Shown: one piece after another, positions 10,774 through 23,400 of the stretch | How positions within the stretch are numbered: the first letter of the stretch is position 1 | How the letters are laid out: the number at the start of each line of letters is the position of its first letter | From: Coniocarpon cinnabarinum | Taxonomy: Eukaryota | Assembly (NCBI GenBank): GCA_051942205.1 | Contig: JAVECO010000056.1 | Span: forward strand, 62,001-122,143 | Direction: 5' to 3' | DNA: 60,143 nucleotides | Program-made: the position numbers and the translations under genes | Notes under the pieces: generated by a model | The model's database searches: none | The model's input: only the letters and a program-made list of their open reading frames with translations | What the model was told of the DNA's origin: nothing

Positions 10774-12982
10774 AGACATGTGCGATATGATTAGACGATC
10801 TGCACGGCCATTTTCTATCATTCCAATGCTTGACCTGATATTAACATTAATGTGTCTCCTAATTCATGCTTCACGCTGTCGTCGCTCGACTTTCAAACTC
10901 TCAAGTTTCTTGCCCAGCTCCGTAGAACAACCAGATGTCACAGCCCACGCTGCGATTCGACGCAGCCCTCCTTAATATGTTCATTGCAAGCCTACTCTTT
11001 CTCTGCGACGCTCTCAACGGCTCGAGGTATGGTAGCGTGGATATCTACCTGAGATCAGCCAGAGAATGGAGTGTTGTTGCACATAGACTCATACCTTCAC
11101 GATACCAAGTTCAATCTGGAATCGATGTATCCATGGAAAAAGCTCTCTGGGACGATCAATCCACGCTTGGCTTCGAAATAGATGCAGGACGCGTGCGCTC
11201 TTGAACAAAATTAGGCGTCGCTGTCAACAAAGTCTTGTTTCCTGGCCTTATCCGACAGACGTTGAGTACATTAACAATGACGCTTCGGTGAAAAATAGAA
11301 GGAATCCCCTTGCATGATACCTGAAGCTTCAGAGATCATGGTTGGTCCTTGCAAGCCTGCGAGAAACGGCTGAAAAAGCGCCTTCACTCAGATTTGCAAC
11401 TACCAATTTCACAGTTCAGGCCACACAGCTCCATAGTAAAGAATAAAAAAGCATCTTCTGGGTAGAACTGTCTATGCTGAGCACCAAAGCCACGGCCCAG
11501 TCGTGGTGGATGGCTTTACCGCCCCGAACGAGTGCGGGACGACCGATCACATCTCCGAGCCTCACTCAAGAATGAACGGCTCGTATCACATAATCCGACC
11601 TCTTCTGTCCTCTTCGAGGTCCGAGAAAGCCTCAAAAGCTCGGATTGGACTCAGACCTTGAATGTGATCAACCTCTGGCCAAAAAAACAATCCTTCGAGC
11701 CCTCCAGCGCTCCCAGCACGCTCCGAGGGTTGCCGGAGCCGGTGTTATCGAGACTTTCGAGGCTAAGATTGCCTGCTCCCTCGTAATTACGGCACTGTTG
11801 CCTCTAGCAGCCTCACCAATCTCACCTCCCAGGTTTCCTACCTACCCTCACCGATTCCTCGATCACGCCGCTGCTGCCTAGAGCTTCTAGCGATACTGTT
11901 CATTACGCACTTCTGTTGGCGCGGCTTGGCAAGAATACAAATAGTTTCCTGCTGCTCTTCTTCTTCCTCTTTCTTTCTTTCTTCTCCACAGCCTGCCTTT
12001 CCTTTCGGGGACCCAAGCAGCTAGGCAGGCTCCCCCCTTCAGTCCGTAGGCCGTAGATCCCCTTCCCTCGTTTCCTTCTTTCCTTCGCCCTTCCCATTCC
12101 CTTTGTCCTCACCGTCGTTCAAGTCACCTCCCCTTCACTCTCCTCCCCAGCCCCAGCATTGGTCACTCTTCACTCCAGCACATTTTTGCGTAGATTTACT
12201 TCCCTTTGTCAGTAGTTTGCCCGACTATGAGCCGCACCTTCTCGTGGTGTCGGGTGTCTTCGACTGAGACGGCTCCAATCCCAAGATCTCTTTTCAGATA
12301 GCTTTCGATAGCGACGTGATTTTGTGGTCGTCAGCTCACAAGTTCTGGATGGCACGGCATCGAGCACGACATTCGCAATCTCACAAAGGAGGATCTTCCA
12401 GGCGGATATGTAGATTCAATAACGATTCCTCTGGCGACTTTTCGCAGCTGAGATGACCCCTCAATCCATTCTTGCAGCCGGAGGTGGACATGGCGTCACC
12501 TCGACAATCATATTACGCCGGCCGCGCCAGTGCCTCAGCAGGTGCGGTCTTCTTGCAGCGGGGCTCTCTCTACCAATCGCAGACTTGGACATTCGGCATG
12601 ATCACGCCACGAAATCAACGGTACTACAAAGACTTCGCCTTTGACGCGGGCTCCATTTGGCTGGCTAGCACTTCCAGCCGTACCAGATCATGATGGCAGG
12701 TGCGCTGAGCGGCTCGCCACTGCTCGTAAACTGGTGTCCTAGGACAACCACCAGCAGCAGTCACAGTCGCAAATTTCCTCGCAGCACGCGCCTCAATACC
12801 CACAACCGCCATCCGACTCAAGGCCTCGAGCCATTCACAGCGGCTGTTCCCCTGGAGGAGCAGCCGGATGACTTACCCGCCGCCAATGCCATTTAAGGGC
12901 TGTCCGCCGCCCGGTGGGGTTCAACAGGGTCAAACCCAACGGCATGCCTCTGGAGACAGGAACTCAGTCACAGGGGCCGCAA

Positions 12983-13361
12983 GATTCCCGAAACTCCAAC
13001 AATCGCCCTCACCTGGAGTTCACGGCCAACGAGCGCGGCTTTAATCCAGACAGCGGTCGACAGTTTCTCGCGGCGCCGTCAGCCTTTCCCCAGCCAGCCA
13101 ATTTTCGCCTCTCAAAGGCGGCAGACAGCAGCCTGAGGTCTGGGGAAGTCAACAGCCGCCGCCGACACCATATCATGGGCGTCCTCCCAGCTACTTTGTG
13201 CAACACGTGAATCTTCAGCAGCCGACTTATCAACAGAGCCAGCAGGCATCGGCGCTTGGCTTCTCTGGAAGGGCACACCATCAGAGCACAATGATGGCAC
13301 GAACGGTCTGGTGCATCAGTTCTCGCACCAGGACTTTGGAGCGGCTGCTACTTCCCGCTCA
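12983..13361 (+). pseudogene. Frameshifted 5' fragment of the NDR kinase gene cot-1/cbk1 (no kinase domain)
   Basis: Peptides NNRPHLEF...FLAAPSAFPQP, QPEVWGSQQ and NDGTNGLVHQFSHQDFG lie in different frames and match the COT1 N-terminus (NRPHL...PSTFPQP...GLAHQFAHQ). There is no ATG at the expected position, and a GCCA duplication causes one frameshift. Confidence 0.7.
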
Positions 13362-13383
13362 GTCAGGGCGTACTGGCACGCCA

Positions 13384-13785
13384 ACAGGAAGTCGGCCACG
13401 GAGAAACAAGCCGGAACACATCAGCCCATACGGGCACGACTACAGGAAGTCGGCCACGGACGCCCGGCAATACACAAAACTCTCAAGCGCCCTATGCAAC
13501 TCACGTTGCAAGCGTCCGTGGCCAAGGCATGACGAACTTCCGCCGAGGAACGCCGACAAGTATACAACCATGCAAGTCAGAATACATCAGCCCATACGGG
13601 CACGACTACAGGAAGTCGGCCACGGACGCCCGGCAATACACGAAACTCTCAAGCGCCCCATGCAACTCACGTTGCAGGCGTCCGTGGCCAAGGCATTTCC
13701 CCCGTACGGGGTGGCGGGCTTCCGCCAAAGAACGCCGACAAGTATGCGGATAATATATATCGCCGTGCAAGCCGGAACACATCAA
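13384..13785. repeat. Tandem segmental duplication, unit ~166 bp (2 copies plus partial copies)
   Basis: Near-identical CAGCCCATACGGGCACGACTACAGGAAGTCGGCCACGGACG...GTGGCCAAGGCAT copies start at 13422 and 13588. The unit head AAGCCGGAACACATCA recurs at 13408 and 13769. A partial ACAGGAAGTCGGCCACGGA sits at 13384. Confidence 0.92.
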
Positions 13786-14049
13786 GCTCATAGACTAATT
13801 TTTCTTAATGAATTATTATTACTTGAAAGGCTTTCTGCTGTCTTCTGTTTTCTGTCTAAGCTTTGTGATGTCTTGTTTGTCTTGTAAGTGTCTCGACGAC
13901 TTTGTCTAAGATGATGAGAGTCCCATTTCCGTTACCTTGATGCTTGCGAGGCATCGAAGTCATCTGCTTGGGCTGACGCATAAAGTTTCTGATTGACATA
14001 TCCTGCATTCAACACACCCATCTCAAATCTGCTGAGGGTACTTTTGCTA

Positions 14050-17000
14050 CATTGATGCCTCTCCTCGCTTGTCTCTGCCGCCGTCTGCTAGCTTCCTTGT
14101 CTTGCAGTCCTCTGTGAATGCTACGCCAGCTCTTTGAAACACACTGATCCTGCTGCATCCTGGTCTCGCTTGATTTTGCTTCTCTTGTGTTTGTTTCCCT
14201 TCGTGTGTTGCTTTTGCCTTGTGATGTTTCATCGTCTTCTTTGCCCATCTCTTCTCAGTGTCTTGCCCAACAACAGTCCTGCCCTGCACTACGTCTCCAA
14301 GCTTGGTCCTCCTCCTATTTCTTTGGGTTGCTGTCTCTGAGCCTGCTCAAGGGGATTCCTCGTGATAGCTTCGCGTGCTCAATCTGCTTGACATTGAGGT
14401 CTCTGAGTCGTTCGTTCGAAAAGTCTTTTGTCTTCAAGTCTCACCCATGTGGCCACTCGTCGTTTGTCATTGCTCGTGTAGAAGATTTGATCAAGTCGCA
14501 TGCTCGAGGCTCGTATTTCAAGATGGTCAGGGACACCCGGAGGAGATATGCAGCGTCAGATCGTTCTGCCGTGATTGATTAGCCAATTATCTCGGGACAA
14601 GCAGACATGAACTCGCCTTCGAGCTGGTCACGTACCAGTCTTTCGCCATCATCTCTTCAGTTTCCAGTCCACTCCTTGGCCCCATGACTGCGTGCTCCGG
14701 CCTCAAGTCGAGCTTGCCTTACTTCGAGACCTCTTCTCTTGTAACCCAGCCATGCCGAAACCAAGCGACCTGACAGCTCCCCAATAAAGAACCCCTGGCC
14801 AACGTGCCCCTGAGTTAGTCTTGATCACCTCGTCCCTCTTTGAGACGACACAATGGGTCGCTGCTGACTTGGCGGCCTCTCAGTCCTTTTCCCTGAACGA
14901 ACCTTGCATCTGCAAGCCCAAGAATGGGTCAACTTGTGTAATAAGGTGTCTGAATCGTCTCATGTAAAGAGGGTGAGGAGAAGCCAGCTGCTCAGGGAAT
15001 AATCCTAGGCTGTATGAGGCGGCCCTTTGGTCGTCCACTGCGTTGTAGAAGTCGTCGTCGCATTGAATCTGAGTACTTCCAGGATATCTTCTGGTGTTCG
15101 AAAACCCCCTGTGTACCTAATTTGGCTCCTGTCTTCCCCAGGGGACGCAGAAAAAGGTGGTGAATTACCTTCCCAGCGTCTAAACCTCGATCTTTCGCCA
15201 AATGCAAGTCTCCCGTGCCTGAAACTTTTCCCGGCTCTTTCTTGGTGGTATGTAGGTAGTCTGGGTGAAAGGGGAAGGCCTCCATCCCCTTGGTTCGCCA
15301 GCAACAGGTTGAAACACCGCTTCTGAGTAGAGACTCTCATATCTCAACCAGGATAGTCAGCGCATTCGATCCAAATGCTCCTGCAGCCGCAATCGTACAT
15401 GAACATGGCCTGCGTGGTCGTTGGCGCCGTCTCAGGGGCTTCAGGGGTTGGACATGGCGGTCAGACTGCCCTCGCTGCCATGGAACCCTCACCGCCGGCG
15501 CAAACCTTAACATAACAACTTCCCGTCTTTTGCAGCTCTTTCAGCAAGTTGTCTTGATAGTCTGACTCGAAGGGGGTCGCCGTGTGAGGGTTCGTGGGGT
15601 GGCGAACAGCTTCGACATGACCTCCCATCGAATTCGACCACGCCGACCGCAAAGTAGCCAGCGCATTCCTTCTCAATGTCTTCGGCGTTTTGTGAGGTCT
15701 TCTGGATGGCTAGTGAACTAGTTCTGGGTCGCTAGAGCGGATGGGGAATGCCGGGAAGGCACGTAACCGACCTCCTTGACCCTGCATACCACACCATTCA
15801 TCCAAAAAAGCTTCTTTTGACTTCGTTTCTTTTGCGTCCTGATTCGTCCATCGTCTTGTCTGTCCGTTTGCAAGGGGAAAAGGAGCGCGAAGGATTGTTG
15901 TGGTGGAGGTGATCAGACGAATTTGGGTGGGTCTGGGGTCGACGCCGACGATGGCGAGGAGTCGCACGGGGTTTGAAGGGATCAAGGGGTTTCCGAAGCC
16001 GTCTGAAACATCTGAGATGCATTGAGTCCAAGGAAGGAGCGTTTTGCGGAGAGTATTGCGGTCGTCAATGTTGGCGGTACCCATTTGGCCGGCATTGGAC
16101 ACTGCCAACGAGAACATATAGGTTATCTCGGCTGCCGTTTAGGAGTCTCTATCAATCTCATAACGATTGCGAGCGAGCGTGGACAAGCAGCGCTGTACCA
16201 AGTTCAAGACGTCGAAATTTGTGAACCAATTCGGTTGTGGGCGACGAGGACGGCGGAGAAAGCTAAATCAATCTGGACATAAGCACTGCTTGATGAACTC
16301 TCGAGATCTAGCAGACATTCAGCGCAGCTCTGATAGCCATGAGCACCGTCGAAGAGTTTGACAAACGTGTCGGCCTTGTCTCTCGGCTTGGTGTACGCAA
16401 ACAGGTCCTCCAGATCATCTGTGTGTCTGCCAGCGAGTCTTTGAAACAGTAGAGAGCATCAAGAGGCTCCGATAGTATCTTCGACGGCCTTTGCTTGATG
16501 GGGGAATATATTTGAGCTTTGCAAAAGAACAATGCTGGCGGTGTTGATGTTTGGGAGACGCGTCGGAGACGACAAGAACTTGGCAGACCTCCATGTCGCG
16601 TAGCGAATCTGTCTCCGTCTCGTGCAGACCCTCAGGATACGTGGGAAAGCCAGAGTGGCTGGCGGAGCACGATTCAGTTCGTCTGTTTGGTGTCGACTGG
16701 GCCACACTGACTGCCGTTGTGGATCAAAAACTCAAAGATCAGCACCGCCTTGACAGCAATCACGTCAAGGCTGCTGCGAAGCTTAGCCGTGACGTTGTTT
16801 TATGAGGAGCTGAATGTATTGAAAAATGAGGCTTGGGTAAAGACAAATTTGAGTTTGGAGCGCGGTAAACAGTGTCACACGCGTCCTGTGTGGACGTTTC
16901 CAGTCTCAGCACCAACTACTGTGAGAGTATTAGTCAACCAGACAGACAATTTGGCATCCACGATGAGAACCTGGTGATAGAAGACACGCTGACAGAGCTA

Positions 17001-17190
17001 GGCAGAAGGCACTCGAGCCAATAGGATAGCGACCAGTGGCAGAAGACTCATCGTCCTTGTTGTCCTCGTCTCCAACCACCTTCTCATCTATGTTGAACAT
17101 ACGAAGACCTTCTGCAGGAGTGGCAATTGATGCAAAAGAAGGACTGCGCTCCAGGAGACGAGCATATGCTGAAGCGGAGAACATAAGCAT
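14050..17190 (-). pseudogene. Heavily degenerate large gene, tentatively DUF3723 family (Starship-associated)
   Basis: Minus-strand ORFs 16117-15710, 15676-15461 and 15340-15005 share one frame separated by isolated stops. Motif-like peptides occur in DUF3723 order across frames: PSLIF...HG/AAAL..L...C*, PLDAL, SREFIK/FSAV, FTNFDVL..CL..L, MEAFP..KKEPGK, AKLG+FRTPEDI, RSGRP. Boundaries are approximate. Confidence 0.4.
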
Positions 17191-20100
17191 CGTGGATCAC
17201 TGACGCAAGCATGAAAAGAGCTCGTCATCTTTGCAAAGAGGTCCTTGAAGCCCACGCACACTCCAGCAGACCCCCAAAAACGAATTCATTCAGCTACATA
17301 CGTAGCTAATGCACTCCTCCCGACCATTTTCACGGCCCACATCTTGCTGCTGTCGGCGTTGGCGTTGTCTGGAGGCCTGAGAAGTCCTCAGGCCTCCTTT
17401 GCAGCCGTCTCGTCGGTTCTCGACGGCTGGTGGTCTTGTTGCTCCTGTACCCACAGCGTTCAGTATGATGATGAAAATATCGTGCTGCTTAGCTATAGAC
17501 ATACCGACAGACAGCTTGGCTCGTGCCCTTCTGGCAGTAGCAGTTCTTGACTTGCGGAAGAGCTATAATCTTTGTCAACTTGTGCTCGCCACCGAGAAGG
17601 TAATGGGTAGGCCTACGCCGGACGAGTCCTTGACCATTTCTTTTTCAATTTTCTGTTGGGCTGTCAGTCAGGACTGCTCTTGCGGTCATTAAGTAGTAAG
17701 CCGCTCGTAAAACGGCAGGTTTGATCGCTCGTAGGGTGTGACGGTGAGGAAGGATGGGGAGCATTTACTTGATGACGGCCACTGGCCCGGCGAGAACGGC
17801 TCCAATGCCTCGTGCGATGTTGCGGAGCTTGATGGAGTCCATTTCTGTAGTTTTTGTTGAGTTGAACGGATGATGGCGGCGCCTGCACATGATCACTGAG
17901 GGGCGGCAACTCTAACCTCGAATTCACACACACCGAGAGTCACGGCGGCACTGAGGTATTGCTAGTTCGCCACAGCCTGTGAGATCTTTAGAACGGTATA
18001 TTAACATTGATCGAGGTCTTCTCGATCCAGTTCTGAGTTCAAATTATGCATGGCGCCCAAGCAGGGCGCCGCTCCATATTGGAATCCATAGATTTAAATG
18101 CCACATGAAGTCACTACGACAGCAACATCCCACGCGGTGCCAGGAGATCTAAGAACTAATAACACCACTACGAATTCATGTTGACTTTATTAAACATGAA
18201 GCCGATGTGAACTACAAGGACTGTGAAAACCACCCTCAACACCCTCGATATCCGTGAGACGCAGCGCCCTCACATCTCGGAGCACAACGACGTAAACAAC
18301 ACTGCAGAAGGGTACTAGACAGCAACGCAGGACCTGTGGGACTATGATTAAATTTGGAGACTCTATCAACACAATGAACTATCTTGGAGGAAGAAGAATC
18401 TCTTCCTCATCCGCCAGTCACAGAGACCAGCAAGACAAAGAAAAGAAGGGAGGTCGCGTCAGCCCGAGATAGTGCCTGAAGAGCATGTCAGTGAACCGTT
18501 GATCTCTTGAGACAATGATGAAGTGTGCTTACGAATACGAGCGACACCGTGCCACCACACTATGAGCAAGCCCAGGGAGCGGGTGGCGGGGTCCAAAAAG
18601 TCTTTGGCAGTTTCCAAAAGGTAGGTGAGGACGGCTCTGCTGCAGAAGCAGTGGGCACCTCAAAAGTGTTTCCAAAAATTCAGCAATGTGCTGTGGAGGA
18701 TGGGTAAGGGCTGGTCCCGAGGAGCAAGAAAAGAAAGAAGGAAGAGAAGAAGCTCCGGGGAAATATTTATATGCGATGACGAGGCCCGAGCGTCAAGCGT
18801 CACGGAGAAGAATCCTGGGTCCAGAGAAGGGTTGCGAGCATAGGTGAACACCGTCCCACGATTGCCACGGGCGTCGACACACGTGAGCTAGGCAGCAGCG
18901 GCGGGACGTGCACCGCGTTGATCAGAAGACCGATCACGTCATGAGCAAGGTGATGGAGGCGGTTGGAGAAAATTCTGGGAGCCCGGCAGGCGGAGGTTGG
19001 TAGGGGAAAGCTGTTCCAGAATTCTTGATGGCAGGCAACGCACGTCATCGGTGGACGGTGTTTGATTGCCAGGAATAAATACTTTGCCGGCGCTTCTTCC
19101 TCTTCCTCTTCCTTTCCTTCTCTTCAGTCGGCGGAAGGGAGCGAAAGATGGTTCATTTGTACAAGGCTCGCGGCAAATGATGATACTGCCAATCGGCCAA
19201 CTGGGCTATCCTGTAGGAGCATTGTCTCTTGCATGTCTGGTTGGACAACCCGAACAGCTCTGATGCCGCATGCTAGAAGTTTGAAATCCGCCTGTCATGT
19301 GTATGCTGATGCGGGCCAATGATGAAATAGTTCCTGGTATTGGTCACCAGGAACGGGCGCTTCCTGTTCTTCTGGATGGGAATGATGCTTTTGAGACTGA
19401 TGCTTTGATACTGAGGCCTGATAATTTTATCAAATATGTCATGTATTTACTGAATGAGAACTTCTATTCTCTTTGATTCATCACGGGGATGATTCGAAAT
19501 AATTCTTCGAACAGCGCGTGCGTTGCTGTGACATTGCTCTGCTGCATGTCCCTGATTCGAGGACGCTTCATCGTATTCGCTTGTCTGCTATATCAATCTT
19601 CATCATTGAGCCCTTCCTTGTGTCGACTTATTACGACTTTTGTACGTGCATGATGCAATTGGGCTTTCCGATGGCATTGCTGTTCTCGCCGTTGAAATAG
19701 CGTCACGAAGTATTTTAATTCATTCACCGTTGTCACCGATCAGCATTGTAGTTTAAGAGTGTTCAACCGCAAGATTACAGCAATTTTTACCTCTTTCTGT
19801 CGCGGGAATGAATGGCGTGTGCCAGAAGCAGACAACGCTCTTGCAACATTGACACGCATGTAAGGTACCTTCTACAGCTGAAGGAAAAAGGACTCGACAC
19901 TGACCTCTTGCAACCTCAGTTACCTTCAACACCCCAGAGCCGAGTTGCTCCTTCGCCCTGACTGAAATCTGGAGGCCTCTGTGGTTCCTCCATGATTTCA
20001 TCCTGCACAGCCAAGTGATAATCATTTAGTGAGTTGCTGTCGACATCTAGGGCGTGATGGACTTGTTCTACAGCTAATCAAGTTCGTCAGAGATCAGTCG

Positions 20101-20196
20101 AGATTGACTACTCGACACATACGCAGGCCTCCTCCTTCCCTACTACTATGATCAGCTACAAAGGAAATTCAAGCAGCAACTTTCAGCCAAGGGCAC

Positions 20197-20450
20197 CAGT
20201 GTGGTCAGTGGTTCGGTTGTCAATAGTTCGATTGTGGCAAACCATTACGAGATCGGTTCGGTTCTTAAACTTATCGGTTGTGGTAGCGCACGCCACCGAA
20301 CTAAAACCATGCCAAACCACTATTTACTAGTAATTATCGGTTTGGTTGTGGCAAACCATTACGATATTGGTTCGGTTCTTACTTCTATCGGTTGTGGTAG
20401 CGCGCGCTACCGAACCAGAACCGAACCAAATCGAACCATTGACCACACTA
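20197..20450. mobile_element. Non-autonomous hAT-like MITE (~254 bp)
   Basis: TIRs CAGTGTGGTCAGTGGTTCG and CGAACCATTGACCACACTA (2 mismatches in 19). Flanking direct repeat (A)AGGGCAC at 20189-20196 and 20450-20457. Many GGTTCGG/CCGAAC subterminal motifs and an internal ~70-bp duplication. Confidence 0.88.
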
Positions 20451-23400
20451 AGGGCACAGAGATCCGGAGCAGTCGAGCATTCAGGAGTTTGGGCAATGAA
20501 GATAATGGCGCTTTGAGATGGCGATGATCATGGCTTTGCAGCCCGCTGACCTTTGTTTTCTTGCAGCCAAGAGCGACCTCGAGCCCAATGAGAATCTGGC
20601 TGTGAAAGAAGACAGATCAGACCGATGATGAGATAGTTTTTCAAAAGGAATCGGCACATCTATGTGGTTCGGCACGAAGTCACGCACTATATCACTGAGG
20701 TTATGCAGTCGAGCAGTGGGTTGGTCAATCTTCAAGCGAACCTCCGCCCACATAAGGTGTTACACTGAGCCACACAAGCAAGAGCAGGACAACGAAGACC
20801 ACGTGTTTGTTTCGTGGCGATCAGAGGTGGCCAAGAGCCAACATGGGATCTGGCTATCTGCCATCAGTGACCAGTTCACTACACGGGCCGAGATCCTGGG
20901 AAACACTTGCTAAGCGGCTGCAAAGCACGGCGAGCTTCGAATTCCTAGCCTCATGACATGGTCGTCCATTGCAACTGTGTCGATCCAACGGTAGTCTAAT
21001 TTGAACAAAGACTAGACAATGTTGTATATCGTGTTCAAAAACTTTCAGGGAGCAAACGAGGGAACGGAAGAGGACTAGATTGCAGCAAAGCCGCGTGTAT
21101 TTCCTGAGCAGCTGAATTGAAGGCGAACTTTCATAGCTCGGCCACAATGCGTTGATACAATACAGTTTTGGTTTCGCCGTCTCTCCAGTCAGCTCTTCTG
21201 GCGATGCGCATCGAATTTTTGATGCTGAAAGAATCTGACAGCTGATGGCTTTGAACAGCCATTGCTTAGAGTTGTAGTACTCCAGATGCATGAAGAAACG
21301 TCCGCACCAGCTGGTGATCTTTACTCGGCTTAAGAAAAATGAATCCCACGTTTCGCTGCTGCCGTTGCTTGCTTCGATCTACGCATCAGGACGCGTAAGT
21401 CCCGACATCGGTTGCCAGGTGATATGAACCCGAGGCGTGGCCCAAGCGCCGTTATTTTGTTGACGCGTGCCAACCGTGCCAAGTCAAAAACTCTCCCGGT
21501 CTCAGACGAATCCTCAACTCAGCCTCTGCAACCTTGATAGGCATCGTAGAAACAATCTGCCTCTCGCTTTTGCGGTGGTAAGGTACGTCGCGACGCAACC
21601 ATTTGTGCTCTGCCGATGATGATTTCTTTCATGCTACACAAGAGCTTAGATGTACCTGAGATACCATGATTACACACACAAAAGCACATCTGAGTGGCTT
21701 GAACCAAACGATTGTTGGTCGACGTACTCAGCAATGCGCTGATCTTTATTTTGCAGATCCAATGAGCTACCTCAACTCAGGTTTTGAGCGCCAATGTTTG
21801 CTTTCATTCAACCGATCAAGCGACGTGTCAGTGAAACCAAAGGCTTGATGATAATTCTAAAATTCAGGAGCTGACGCCATTTCACCAGTGACCTTCGACC
21901 GCGATGAGTATGATTGATGACTTCGGCACCGTCAAGCTCCAGGCAAGTTCCACAGTCTCTTACACGCACGCCATTTCCAATCAGTAAATGATGAGAAACA
22001 TGTTCTGTAAATCAAATTGACCTATCCAAGCCACGAGCGAGCCCTCTGTTTCCTCAGCGTCAAGCGCTAAGCTTGGCGTCGAGACCAGGGGCATGCCATG
22101 ATGATTATCCATGCTATCTGAGACGCTTGAATCTGAGATCAGCTTTGTCACAGCCGATTTGCAGTCCAGGCTGGCTGACGTTTGCGATTTAGGTTCGTGA
22201 ACAGATGAGCATCTGAAACGCCGTCGAAGCTGCTATCACTGATCTGTCGGGATTGGGTGAGCACGTCAAGCGCCTACACAACTAGATTGAATTTGGAACG
22301 ACAAAGCGTCAAACTTTCAGTAAGATACAAACAGTCTTACTGCGTTTCTCATCGGTCATATCTTCCGATCGTGCCGTGCCTCTTGCACAAATATGGACCG
22401 GTCAATCTTGGAGGCTGCAGGATTGCTAAAGAGCTTTGGAAGACTGGTAAAAGGAACACAACGCCAACATTCGTCACTCGAGAAGCGGTACATGGTCTCG
22501 CGTCCTTGTAAAAGCTATCCGTTCCTGTTGTAGAGTGGTACATGGTTGGAGGATATTGTTATAATGGTCCCTTGTGAGAACAGTCGGAGAGTTGCGGCTT
22601 TCTAATAGACGACATTATGGTCCGCAGCTCGCGCAGTGGCAGACCAGGTCCGTGAAAGATTCCAACGCTACCAGGCCTTTAAGTTGATTGCGCGTTGCGC
22701 AAGTGCGACCATATCCATGCAATTCATAGGGTCCATAGATGCTACGAATGCTTTGAAGCATCAATGTCTTTGCACTAACATAGGCAGGCCGGTTGCCATG
22801 GAATCGCAATTGCAAACTCTCAGGATTAGCCCTGCGAGCGTCTATTCCGCCGGTACAATTGTCCCTTGTGATGTTCGTAGAGTGCTTCAGTGTCCGCGGC
22901 AACCAGAGGTGTGATGCTTTAGGGTTGCCGCCCTGCCCGAAGCAAATTTGCACTCCACCTTCACCTCCAAGATGCGTGTCCCAATTCATCACCAACAACG
23001 TTATCGACGGCATTGCCGACGCACACGTATCATGTTGTATCTTCTATGCATTGCGAGCTGCTTCAGAAAGCCTCTCAAGTTGATTCCTCGCACTTTTTGT
23101 CCATGCATGACTGGGCTGGGCGTCAATTCACGCTCACACCAGAGTGATTTTTCCGACCTGCTTGAACCGCCGACGACCTCAACCATCTCCAGCAGCTTCA
23201 CAAGTTGGGGAAGGGGTAGAAGACCATCACGATGCTGGTGTCAAGCTCGAGAGACTGATCGCAGCTGGAGAACCGACGACGTTATCGTCGAAATTTCCTT
23301 CGCCACACTGAGAAGCTTGATCTTCACCAAGTCTCATCATCGATAGCAACGACCTCCATGATTGTAAGTGATGGCAAAGACTCCTGGATGTCACAGTATC

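Noticed and set aside
13384..13785. Repeats as a CRISPR array
   Set aside because: Eukaryotic context, units far too long, no unique spacers and no cas genes.
13198..13887. 229-aa ORF
   Set aside because: Non-ATG start; a chimera of the cot-1 remnant and the tandem repeat, with no coherent domain.
20201..20527. 108-aa ORF with an internal repeat
   Set aside because: Read-through of the MITE; no transposase motifs.
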